Origin: Burkholderiales bacterium
GTDB taxonomy: Bacteria > Pseudomonadota > Gammaproteobacteria > Burkholderiales > SG8-41
Reading direction: 5' to 3'
NCBI GenBank assembly: GCA_043743335.1
Contig: JAYTWR010000004.1
Span: 1,708 to 65,707, forward strand
Length of the DNA stretch: 64,000 bases
The notes below the pieces were generated by a model. It searched no databases. It was not told the origin of the DNA and worked only from the letters and a program-made list of their open reading frames with translations. The translations under genes were made by a program, and so were the position numbers. This document shows positions 45,889 through 54,542 of this stretch, in pieces. How positions within the stretch are numbered: the stretch's first letter is position 1; every line of letters begins with the position of its first letter.

Positions 45889-47313
45889 TTACAGCACTTT
45901 GCCCGGATTCATGATGCCCTGCGGATCGAGCGCGCGCTTTACGGTGCGCATGAGATCGATTTCCACCGGGTCTTTGTAGCGCACCAGTTCTTCGACCTTG
46001 GCGATGCCGATGCCGTGTTCAGCGCTGAAGCTGCCTTTGTATTGCTTGACGATATCGTAAATCACCGTGGTGACATCGTTGGCCGCGCGCGCGGCGGCAT
46101 CCGTGCGCAGTCGGCCTTCGACGTAAGCGTTGTAGTGCAGATTGCCGTCACCCAAATGACCGAAGCAAATAATTTTGCTGTCCTTGAAACGTTTTTCCAG
46201 CGCGGCCTGGCCATCGCGAATAAAGGCGGGAATCTCCCCGACGGCCACTGCGATATCGTGCCGATAGAGCATGCCGCTTTCGTTGCGCGCGGCTTCGGGT
46301 ATGGATTCACGGATGCGCCACAGCGCCTGTGATTGGGCGTGGCTTTCCGCCAACGTTGCATCGATAACTAATTGATTATCAATGGCTTTTTCTAGGACGC
46401 CTTCGAGTGTGTCGCGCAGGGTGGTGCCGGGCGACGAATCACCCAACTCGGTCAGCACGTACCATTCGTAAGGCTTGTCCAGCGGATCGCGCGTGCCGGG
46501 GATGTGCTTCATCACCAGCTCAAGGCAAGCGCGCGAGATTAACTCAAACGCGCTGATGCGATCACCGAAATGCTGACGCAACAGCGAAAACAAACTTAGC
46601 GCGGCGTCAGGGGAGGGCACGGCCAGCCAAGTGGTCGCCGTGGCGCTCGGCTTGGGAAACAGCTTCAATACCGCGCCAGTGATAATGCCGAGCGTGCCCT
46701 CGGCACCGATGAACAAATGCTTCAGGTCGTAGCCGGTGTTGTCTTTGCGCAGCGCACGCAGGCCGTTCCAAATGCGGCCATCCGGCAGCACGGCTTCGAT
46801 GCCGAGCACCAGATCGCGCGTGTTGCCGTAACGCAGCACATTCACGCCGCCGGCGTTGGTCGATAAATTGCCGCCGATCTGGCAACTGCCTTCAGCGCCC
46901 AGCGACAGCGGAAACAGTCGATCGGCTGCCGCCGCCGCTTGTTGAATATTTGCCAGCACGCAGCCGGCCTCCACCGTCATGGTGTTATTGAGCGCATCGA
47001 CATGGCGAATGCGGTTCATGCGCCCCAACGCGATCACCACGGGATTCAGTTTCGGGTCGGGCACGGACGCGCCACACATGCCGGTGTTGCCGCCTTGCGG
47101 CACCAGCGGCGTTTGGGTTTCAGCGCAGATTTTGACAATGGCCGCAACTTGCTCGACGTTGGCCGGTCGCACCACCGCAGCGGCGGCACCCGCATAAATG
47201 CCGCGCCAGTCGTTGACGTAGGGCTCAAGTTCCGCAGGCTCCGTAAAAATACCTTGCGGGCCGACGGCTGCGCCGAGGCGACTGATAGTGGCGGTGCGGG
47301 AGACGGGAGGCAT
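45889..47313 (-). CDS. FAD-linked oxidase (GlcD / D-2-hydroxyacid dehydrogenase-like)
   Basis: 474-aa ORF. FAD_binding_4 (PQGGNTGMCGASVP) plus a C-terminal FAD-oxidase_C (SAEHGIG..K). Confidence 0.85.
   Translation of the reverse strand: MPPVSRTATISRLGAAVGPQGIFTEPAELEPYVNDWRGIYAGAAAAVVRPANVEQVAAIVKICAETQTPLVPQGGNTGMCGASVPDPKLNPVVIALGRMNRIRHVDALNNTMTVEAGCVLANIQQAAAAADRLFPLSLGAEGSCQIGGNLSTNAGGVNVLRYGNTRDLVLGIEAVLPDGRIWNGLRALRKDNTGYDLKHLFIGAEGTLGIITGAVLKLFPKPSATATTWLAVPSPDAALSLFSLLRQHFGDRISAFELISRACLELVMKHIPGTRDPLDKPYEWYVLTELGDSSPGTTLRDTLEGVLEKAIDNQLVIDATLAESHAQSQALWRIRESIPEAARNESGMLYRHDIAVAVGEIPAFIRDGQAALEKRFKDSKIICFGHLGDGNLHYNAYVEGRLRTDAAARAANDVTTVIYDIVKQYKGSFSAEHGIGIAKVEELVRYKDPVEIDLMRTVKRALDPQGIMNPGKVL
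46364..46385 (-). repeat. AT-rich IHF-consensus motif copy inside the GlcD-like gene
   Basis: The minus strand reads CCATTGATAATCAATTAGTTAT and is translated AIDNQLVI. Exact AATCAATTAGTTA core. Confidence 0.65.
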
Positions 47314-47485
47314 GATTGGAGATTGGAGATTGGATCGAGTTTGCGGGGGGGAAACGCCATTTTATCACCCCGTGCTGCGGCGCAGGCGCAGTGTCGCTCG
47401 CCACGGCAGCGTTCTATTGTAAGCTTTGCCGTCCGTGCATCGACAGCAGCACAGACAATTTGCCTCTCTTAAACAAGGCCTGAAT

Positions 47486-48535
47486 ATGAAGTGTACGATG
47501 CGCTTGAGCGTTTTGATGCTCATGCTGTTGTTGCCCGCGACCACCGTTGCGCTGGAATATCCCGCGCGCGTGGTAACGCTGGTGGTGCCCTATCCGTTGA
47601 GCGGCCCGACCGACATTCGCGGCGCGTCACGCATGACCAAAACCTACTAGCTGATGGCGGCGAATGCGCCGCCGGCGATCTCCGACACGCTGGGACGCAT
47701 TGTGCAGCAGGCAATCCGCTACGAATCCAAACACCCGGTGCTGCTGGAGCGTCAACCCGGCGGCGCGACCACACGTGGCGCGCAGCATGTGGCGCGCGCG
47801 GCGGCGGACGGGCATACCTTGTTGCTGGCGAGCAACGAAACCATGGTGCTGACGCCGCATTACGCCGCCGAAGTGGGCTACGACCCGACGCGCAATTTTG
47901 AACTCGTCGCACCGCTGGTCAACATGCCGTTCGTGTTGATGACCAGTACCGGCTTGCCGTTCAAGACGCTGGATCGGCTGATCGGGTACATCAAGGTGCG
48001 TCCCGGCGATATCAATTACGGCTCGTCGGGTGACGGCAGCACGGGCCATCTGGCGGGGGAGTTGATGCGCCGCGCATTGGGGCTGGACATGGTGCATGTG
48101 TCGTACAACGGTGGCTTGTCGGCCTTGAATGGCCTCGCCACCGGGCAAACGTCGCTGATGTTTGCGGCCCTGCCGCTGGCGTTACCGTATCTGAACAACG
48201 AAAACCTGCGCGCGCTGGCCATCGCCAGCCAGCAGCGCACGGAATTGCTGCCGCATCTGCCTACCTTGAATGAAGCCGGTATTGCGGGTGCGGATGTCTC
48301 TGCTTGGTTCGGCGTATTCGCACCGAATGGCGTGTCGCCGAGTGCGATTCGTTGGCTGAACGAGCGTATTTCAGAAGCGGTGAATGATCCTGCTACACGT
48401 AACGTCTTGGTGCTGCAAGGTTTGGAACCGATTCGCGGATCACTGTCGGCGTTCGCCTCGCGCATCTATGCTGAAGGCGAGCGCTGGGGGCCGGTGCTGA
48501 AAGCGGCGCGTATTCCGCTGCGAAACGCTTCTTGA
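47486..48535 (+). pseudogene. Bug/TctC-family gene interrupted by an in-frame TAG (47648-47650)
   Basis: Signal peptide plus VVPYPLSGPTD, then about 22 extra codons (IRGASRMTKTY*LMAANAPPAIS), then DTLGRIVQQ..., continuing in the same frame to a normal Bug C-terminus. Confidence 0.7.
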
Positions 48536-48556
48536 GCGCCCGCGCACGTAGCCACT

Positions 48557-49474
48557 TTAGGTTCTGCGCTTGCGCGTAGATACCGGATTGCGCAGCACGC
48601 CGATTTTTTCGATCGCACTCACGATTTCGTCACCGTTCTTCAACCACCACGAGCCTTCGCCCTTGTAGCCCGCCGCAACACCCGCTGGGGTACCGGTGGA
48701 AATAATATCGCCGGGGTAAAAGCCCGCGTGGGAGTACCAAGCCACCTGCACTGGAATATGAAAAATCTGCGTGCCGGTGTTGGCATTTTGCCGCAGCTCG
48801 CCGTTGATGTGCGTGGTGAGGCGCAGATTGTGCGGATCGGGAATTTCGTCTTTGGTGACGACCCACGGGCCCATGGGTGCTGCGGTCGGGAAATTTTTCC
48901 CGATCATGATGTTGCCTTCCTTGCGCTCGGCAAACTGCACATCGCGCGCGGAAATGTCGTTCAAAATGGTGTAGCCGAAAATATGCTCATAGGCTTCTTC
49001 AGCCGACACATCGGCGCACTCGTCGGCCATCACCACGGCCAGCTCGGTTTCGTAATCGAGTTTGTCTGTCCACGAAGGCTTGCGCACCGTGTCGCCATCG
49101 GCGATCAAGGTATCCACGTGTTTGATGAATCCTGCGGGTTGCGAATACGCCGCGCTACCGACTTCAGCAGCGTGATCAGAATAGTTTTTGCCGATGGCCA
49201 TGATTTTGCCGGGGCGCAGCGGCGGGCAGGCGCTCACCGCGTCCAGCGACACGATGTGCTCACGGCTACCGGCTTTCAGGCGTTGCTCGGCCTGAGCCAG
49301 CACATCGCGCACACGGGCCAGCGCATCCGCGCCGCCGCGTATGCAATCGATCAGTGTGTCGGGCAGGCCGCGCCCGCTTTTGGCTTCAGTGATGTCGAGA
49401 GCTTGCCCGTTGGACAGCAGCACGCCGAAATGATCGACACGGGCACGGGGCGGACGGAAACTGAGCAGCTTCAT
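48557..49474 (-). CDS. fumarylacetoacetate hydrolase (FAH) family protein
   Basis: 305-aa ORF. KIMAIGKNYSDHAAE, ..DYETELAVV.., ..NDISARD.. motifs. Confidence 0.85.
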   Translation of the reverse strand: MKLLSFRPPRARVDHFGVLLSNGQALDITEAKSGRGLPDTLIDCIRGGADALARVRDVLAQAEQRLKAGSREHIVSLDAVSACPPLRPGKIMAIGKNYSDHAAEVGSAAYSQPAGFIKHVDTLIADGDTVRKPSWTDKLDYETELAVVMADECADVSAEEAYEHIFGYTILNDISARDVQFAERKEGNIMIGKNFPTAAPMGPWVVTKDEIPDPHNLRLTTHINGELRQNANTGTQIFHIPVQVAWYSHAGFYPGDIISTGTPAGVAAGYKGEGSWWLKNGDEIVSAIEKIGVLRNPVSTRKRRT

Positions 49475-50712
49475 GGGTTCTCCTTTTCAGGGGATTCTTC
49501 AGGCGGTTTTACGTTCTGAAACATCCGCAGCAACGTGAGATCGTAAACAATCTTCAGCGCACCACATACTACCAGCGGCCAGCCAAAGCTGGAAAGCGTG
49601 AGCATATATCCAGCCAGCGCCGGACTCAAGGCGGAAGCCAAACTGCGCGGCACATTGGTCAGGCTGGCGGCGGCGGGGCGTTCGGGCGGGGACACCACCG
49701 CCATCACATACGACACCCGCGCTGGCACGTCCATCGACCCCAGCGCCGAGCGCAGAAACAGGCACGCAATGGCCAGTGGCAGCGTGGGCATAAACGGCAC
49801 TAGTATGCACAGAATATTGGCCGGCAAATGGGTAAACACCATGGTGTTGATGAGCCCAAAGCGCGCGGCGATTTTGCTGGCCGCCAGATGCGAAAACGCA
49901 CCCAGCAGATTAGTACACAAAAACAGCGTGGCCGCCTGGGTAACGGTCAGTCCGTGGCGCTGATATAGCCACAGCGCCAGCAGCGATTGCACGGCGAAAC
50001 CACCGCCCAAAGCGTCGATGCTGAACACGGCCGCCAATTTGTAGACCCGATGTTTCGACGGCCCCAGCGGCGTGCGCGGCGCATCCTCGTGCCGATCCAG
50101 CGTCGGCGACAAGCCGCGATACATCAGCAGCGTGCCCAACCCCGCCAAGCCATAAGCGAGAAACATGCATTGAATCGCGGTCTTTTCAGCGACACCGCCC
50201 AAGCTGCCGATCAACACAGGGAGTGCCGCCGCCTGCGCACCGGCGGCTGCGGCCAGTGCGGCGATCAGGCTGTAGCGCGCGAACAACGCGGTGCGCGATT
50301 GCGCTGGCGTGGTGTGCGTGAGTAGCGTTTGCTCCAGCGGCAAAAACACGCTGACATCACCACTGGATGGATTGATTGTGCCTACAAACGCCAATATCAG
50401 CAGCGGCCAAAAGTCGGTGATGGCGATGAAGCTCAAGCCCGTCAACATCATCAACAACGAGGCGCACGACAGCAGCGTGCGTCCGCGAAAACGATGCGCG
50501 ATCATGCCAGTGGTCAACGTCATCACGCCAGAACCCAGCAGCGTGGCGGTAATGACGAAGCCGATTTGCAGTGCGCTGTAGCCGAGCAGGGTCAGGTAAT
50601 ACGGCAGCAGCAGCGCAACGTAGCCATCACAAAATCCGCGCAGCGCGCGCGCAGCCAACAGACGCCTAGCGTCGGGCTGTGTGCCGGGCGGTAATAAGGT
50701 GAATCGGGGCAT
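49471..50712 (-). CDS. MFS transporter
   Basis: 413-aa ORF with about 12 hydrophobic segments. Its stop overlaps the FAH start (ATGA). Confidence 0.8.
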   Translation of the reverse strand: MPRFTLLPPGTQPDARRLLAARALRGFCDGYVALLLPYYLTLLGYSALQIGFVITATLLGSGVMTLTTGMIAHRFRGRTLLSCASLLMMLTGLSFIAITDFWPLLILAFVGTINPSSGDVSVFLPLEQTLLTHTTPAQSRTALFARYSLIAALAAAAGAQAAALPVLIGSLGGVAEKTAIQCMFLAYGLAGLGTLLMYRGLSPTLDRHEDAPRTPLGPSKHRVYKLAAVFSIDALGGGFAVQSLLALWLYQRHGLTVTQAATLFLCTNLLGAFSHLAASKIAARFGLINTMVFTHLPANILCILVPFMPTLPLAIACLFLRSALGSMDVPARVSYVMAVVSPPERPAAASLTNVPRSLASALSPALAGYMLTLSSFGWPLVVCGALKIVYDLTLLRMFQNVKPPEESPEKENP

Positions 50713-50812
50713 GCGGCAGCGTAGCAGAGAACGGCATTGCCGAGCTTGCGTGGCGGCGGCTATCCGTTGCGGATCATACGTTGCAGGGGATGTGGGTCGT
50801 CGAATAAAAGCC

Positions 50813-50832
50813 TTTTAAAATCAATTGCTTAT
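50813..50832 (+). repeat. AT-rich IHF-consensus motif copy (TTTTAAAATCAATTGCTTAT)
   Basis: Exact core AATCAATTGCTTA, 10 nt downstream of the stop of the Bug fragment. Confidence 0.65.
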
Positions 50833-50841
50833 ATTAAACGC

Positions 50842-51186
50842 CTACTGCTTGGGAATCTTCGCATCCTTGATCACCTGCGCCCAGCGCGCCGCTTCAGCGC
50901 GCATGAAACGGTCAAATTCCTCGCGCGTGGTGGGTGAGGGCGGCATCACCAGTTCGGTCAGGCGTTGTTCCATGTCGGGCGTACGCAGTACTGCGGTGAT
51001 GTCGGCATTCAGTTTGTCGAGCAGCGGTACCGGCACGGCTGCCGGTGCGCACACGCCGTACCAGGAATTGACTTCGTAGTCCGGCACGCCGGATTCCTGC
51101 ATCGTCGGCACGTTCGGCAATGGCGTTTGCCGCTGGGCGCTGGTGACGGCCAGCGCACGCAGACGACCGTTTTGCACAAATGGCAT
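50842..51186 (-). pseudogene. C-terminal half (~114 aa) of a Bug/TctC-family gene
   Basis: ..GRLRALAVTSAQRQTPLPNVPTMQESGVPDYEVNSWYGVCAPA...TREEFDRFMRAEAARWAQVIKDAKI aligns with the second half of the intact paralogs. The N-terminal half and signal peptide are absent. Confidence 0.7.
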
Positions 51187-51252
51187 GACAAAGGGAAGGT
51201 TCGTGATATGGACAGACTACGGCCAAGGCAGCTTGTCTGGATGACGCCGGAT

Positions 51253-52191
51253 TTACGCCACCGCGCGCTGCGCGTGCGCGACTGGTCCCACCGCGCACTG
51301 CACGTGCGCGACGGGTCCCACTGCGAGCCCCACGCCCTTGAGCGAGGTGCGCCGCAGATCGCGCCTTTCCTGCAAATCCTTGTAGCGGCGTGCGCGGTGC
51401 ATGACTGTGCGGTTGTCCCACATCACCAGATCATTGACGCGCCATTCGTGGGCATAGACGAACTGCCGCTGCGTGGCATGTTCCGCCAAATCACGGATAT
51501 AGGCGCGCGCTTCAGGCACTGGCCAGCCCTGAATGCCGCCAATGTGCGCTGACAAATACAATGACTTTCGGCCATTGACCGGATCGCTGATGACCAGCGG
51601 GTGCGACACGGGTTTCAGGCGCTCTGCGTGTTCGTCGTTCTTGATGTCAAGGCCGATTTGCGCGCGCGAATAAACAATGGAATGCTCCGCGATTAACGTT
51701 TCAGCTTCGGCTTGATCTTCTGGCGGCAAGGCGCTCCAGGCTGCACGCATGTCGGCGAATTCCGTGTTGCCGCCGGTGGCGGGCAGCACGCGTGCATGCA
51801 GCAGCGTGTAGCCAGCACCCACTGCACGAAACGACGCATCGGAATGCCACAAGCGGTTCGCAATGGCATACATGCGCCGCGCGTCGTCGCGGGCGCGCAG
51901 GCGCTCCCGCTCATCGAGATTGGAAATGTCGCCCAATTCAATTTGCTGAAAGCGGCGCTCCTCGGGCTTTTTCATCTGGCCGGCGAGGGTGACTTCCAGC
52001 TCGCCGAAGTTGCGCGTGAATTCAACCTGTTGTGCATCGGTGAACGGTTGATCGCGAAACACCAGCACGGCGTGCTCGTGCATGCCGGCTTCGATGGCAT
52101 CGGCCGCGCCGGGCTTCAGGGGCTGCGTAATGTCAATGCCGGATACTTCTCCGATAAAGCTGGGGTGCAGCCGGTTGATGCGTAGCGCCAT
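51253..52191 (-). CDS. TauD/TfdA-family Fe(II)/2-oxoglutarate-dependent dioxygenase
   Basis: 312-aa ORF. WHSDASF (HxD), MWDNRTVMHRA.. The last ~26 codons are encoded by a 30-bp tandem repeat. Confidence 0.85.
   Translation of the reverse strand: MALRINRLHPSFIGEVSGIDITQPLKPGAADAIEAGMHEHAVLVFRDQPFTDAQQVEFTRNFGELEVTLAGQMKKPEERRFQQIELGDISNLDERERLRARDDARRMYAIANRLWHSDASFRAVGAGYTLLHARVLPATGGNTEFADMRAAWSALPPEDQAEAETLIAEHSIVYSRAQIGLDIKNDEHAERLKPVSHPLVISDPVNGRKSLYLSAHIGGIQGWPVPEARAYIRDLAEHATQRQFVYAHEWRVNDLVMWDNRTVMHRARRYKDLQERRDLRRTSLKGVGLAVGPVAHVQCAVGPVAHAQRAVA
51258..51331. repeat. 30-bp tandem repeat x2.4 forming the 3' end of the TauD-family ORF
   Basis: CCACCGCGCGCTGCGCGTGCGCGACTGGTC / CCACCGCGCACTGCACGTGCGCGACGGGTC / CCACTGCGAGCCCC. 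It encodes AVGPVAHVQC/AVGPVAHAQR. Confidence 0.85.
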
Positions 52192-52240
52192 GATGCGTCT
52201 CCTCAGGTGATGACCTCAAAGGGGGCTGCCGGGCAGGGAA

Positions 52241-53212
52241 TTAATCGATCACCGCGCCCGACGCCTTGATCGTCGGCAGCCATTTTGCAATATCCGCCTT
52301 GGTCAATGCGGTGAATTCCGCCGGTCCGCGAAAGGTGGGCGGCGTGCCGATTTTCAGGTAACGCTCGCGCACGTCGGGCCGCTCCAGCCCGCGTTTGATG
52401 ACTTCGGCGAGGCGCGCCACGACCGGTTGGGGAATGTGAGCCGGGCCGCATACGCCTTGCCACAGCACGGATTCGATTTCTGGAAAGCCCGCCTCGCGCA
52501 TAGTCGGCAGGTTGGGCAACTCGGCCTGGCGGGCGGGGCCGGTGGTGGCGAGCAGCCGCAGCCTTGGCCCGATGTTGACCGTGGCGTGCAAGCCAAACAA
52601 AAGCTGGGTTTCGCCCGCGGCGAGTTCCGGCACACCCGAGCCTTTATACGGCACGTGCGTCATGCCGAGATTGGCGACCTGATTGAAGCGTTCGGCCAAC
52701 AAATGCGAACTGCCGCCGACGCCCGGTGAGGCGTAATACACCTTGCCGCTGTTGGCCTTGGCCCACGCCGCAAACTCCTTCATCGAGGTGGGCGGAATCT
52801 GCGCCGGTACGGCCGCGATCAAATAGCTCTCGACCACTTGCGCGATGGCCGTGAAGTCTTTGATGGGATCGTACGGCAACTGGCGCATCACAAACGGGCC
52901 GGTGACATGCGAACTGGTGGTGCACATGAACAGCGTATAGCCGTCGGCCGTGGCCTTGACCAAATCGCGCGCGGCCACAATGCTGGCGAGCCCCGGCCGG
53001 TTTTCAACCACCACCGGTTGGCCCAGTGCCTCAGACAAAAATTGCGCGACGATACGTCCGGAAACATCGACACCGCTGCCGGCGATGAAGCCCACCACGA
53101 TACGCAGCGGTTTGGTGGGAAATTTCTGCGCGACCGCAGGGCTGGTGGCGCAGGCCATTGCCGTTGCAACTGCAACTGCAACTGTGGCCAGTCGAACAAA
53201 GCGTGTCAGCAT
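52241..53212 (-). CDS. Bug/TctC-family substrate-binding protein
   Basis: Signal peptide, then KFPTKPLRIVVGFIAGSGVDVSGR.., with GAGGAG SD upstream. Confidence 0.9.
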   Translation of the reverse strand: MLTRFVRLATVAVAVATAMACATSPAVAQKFPTKPLRIVVGFIAGSGVDVSGRIVAQFLSEALGQPVVVENRPGLASIVAARDLVKATADGYTLFMCTTSSHVTGPFVMRQLPYDPIKDFTAIAQVVESYLIAAVPAQIPPTSMKEFAAWAKANSGKVYYASPGVGGSSHLLAERFNQVANLGMTHVPYKGSGVPELAAGETQLLFGLHATVNIGPRLRLLATTGPARQAELPNLPTMREAGFPEIESVLWQGVCGPAHIPQPVVARLAEVIKRGLERPDVRERYLKIGTPPTFRGPAEFTALTKADIAKWLPTIKASGAVID

Positions 53213-53378
53213 GGTTCTCCTCGGGTTGCGCCGTAATCCGCGCGCAGGTGTGTGGCTAAATGCTACGCGCGGTCAGGGAATTCGGCAAACTCACTGCGCA
53301 CCTCACTGCGCACCTCACCGAATCATGCAACGTGCGTGGCAGGTGCTGCTGATGGCCAGTGATGATGCTTAAAAATAC

Positions 53379-53399
53379 TCAATAAAATCAATTAGTTAC
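53379..53399 (+). repeat. AT-rich IHF-consensus motif copy (TCAATAAAATCAATTAGTTAC, consensus)
   Basis: Exact consensus between two minus-strand Bug genes. Confidence 0.75.
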
Positions 53400-53557
53400 A
53401 GTGATATAGCTGGGACGGCGCAAGCAACGGCTACTGGCACCTGAGCGGCGTTCAATGTTGTAGCGCCTTGTCTATACGCGGTTTAACTTCACCCATCATG
53501 AGCGCCAGCGAGCGCAGCGCGGCCTGTGTGCGTCGTGTCGCGCCGTAGCGCAGCGTG

Positions 53558-54523
53558 CTACTCGGCACGCATACCCGTAGCTTTGACCACGAGGCTCCAC
53601 TTCTTGATTTCGGCGCGCACATAGTCGGTGAAGCGCTCCGGCGTCATGAAAAAAATGTTCGCGCCCAGCGCATGAAAGCGCTCTTTAACCTCGGGCGAGT
53701 TCAGCACTTTGTCGATTTCACGGCTCAAGCGCGCGACGATGTCTTTCGGCGCGCCCGCTGGCATCACCATGCCGTACCAAATGGTGCTTTCATAACCGGG
53801 CAGGCCCGCCTCGGCGATGGTCGGCACGTCGGGCATGCTGGGGGAGCGCTCCGCCGATGTGACGCCCAAGGGGCGCAGTCTGCCGGCTTTCAGATGAGGA
53901 GACACCGAAACGATAGTGGCGAATATCAACGCGACTTGGCCGCTCGCCACATCTACCATGGCGGGGCCGCCGCCTTTGTAGGGGATATGGGTCATTTTTA
54001 TTTTGGCGAGGTAGCTGAACAGCTCGGCGGTGAAATGATTGGCGCTGCCGAGTCCGGCTGACGCATAGGTTAGTTTGCCGCCTTCACTGCCGGCCAGCGC
54101 AATCAGCTCGGTGACGGATTTCGCCGGCACGGCGGGATTCACCACCAGCACATTAGGCATCGACACAAAATTGGCGACATAGGTGAAATCGCGCATCGAG
54201 TCATACGGCAGATTCTTGTAGGTGCTGGGATTAACCGCCATGGTGCTGGTAGCCGCCAGCATCATGGTGTACCCGTCGGCTGGCGTGCGCGCGATCATGC
54301 CCGCAGCAGCCGAGCCGGACGCCGCCGGGCGATTGTCGATCACGATGGGTTGCTTCAGGGCTTCACTTAGGCGCGTGCAAACAATGCGCGACACCACATC
54401 CGACGCGCCGCCGGGGGCAAAGCCGAGCACAAAGCGTATGGGTTTGCTGGGGTATGCCTGGGCTGCGGCATGCCCGGTAACGCAGACCATGCACCCCATA
54501 AACAGTTTGCGTAGAAGTGTCAT
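53558..54523 (-). CDS. Bug/TctC-family substrate-binding protein
   Basis: MTLLRKLFMGCMVCVTGHAAAQAYPSKPIRFVLGFAPGGASDVVSR.. The ATG is formed by the last bases of a motif copy, and no SD is visible. Confidence 0.9.
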   Translation of the reverse strand: MTLLRKLFMGCMVCVTGHAAAQAYPSKPIRFVLGFAPGGASDVVSRIVCTRLSEALKQPIVIDNRPAASGSAAAGMIARTPADGYTMMLAATSTMAVNPSTYKNLPYDSMRDFTYVANFVSMPNVLVVNPAVPAKSVTELIALAGSEGGKLTYASAGLGSANHFTAELFSYLAKIKMTHIPYKGGGPAMVDVASGQVALIFATIVSVSPHLKAGRLRPLGVTSAERSPSMPDVPTIAEAGLPGYESTIWYGMVMPAGAPKDIVARLSREIDKVLNSPEVKERFHALGANIFFMTPERFTDYVRAEIKKWSLVVKATGMRAE

Positions 54524-54542
54524 AACTAATTGATTTTATTGA
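54521..54542 (-). repeat. AT-rich IHF-consensus motif copy fused to a start codon
   Basis: Minus strand TCAATAAAATCAATTAGTTATG, where the final ATG is the Bug start at 54523. Confidence 0.75.
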
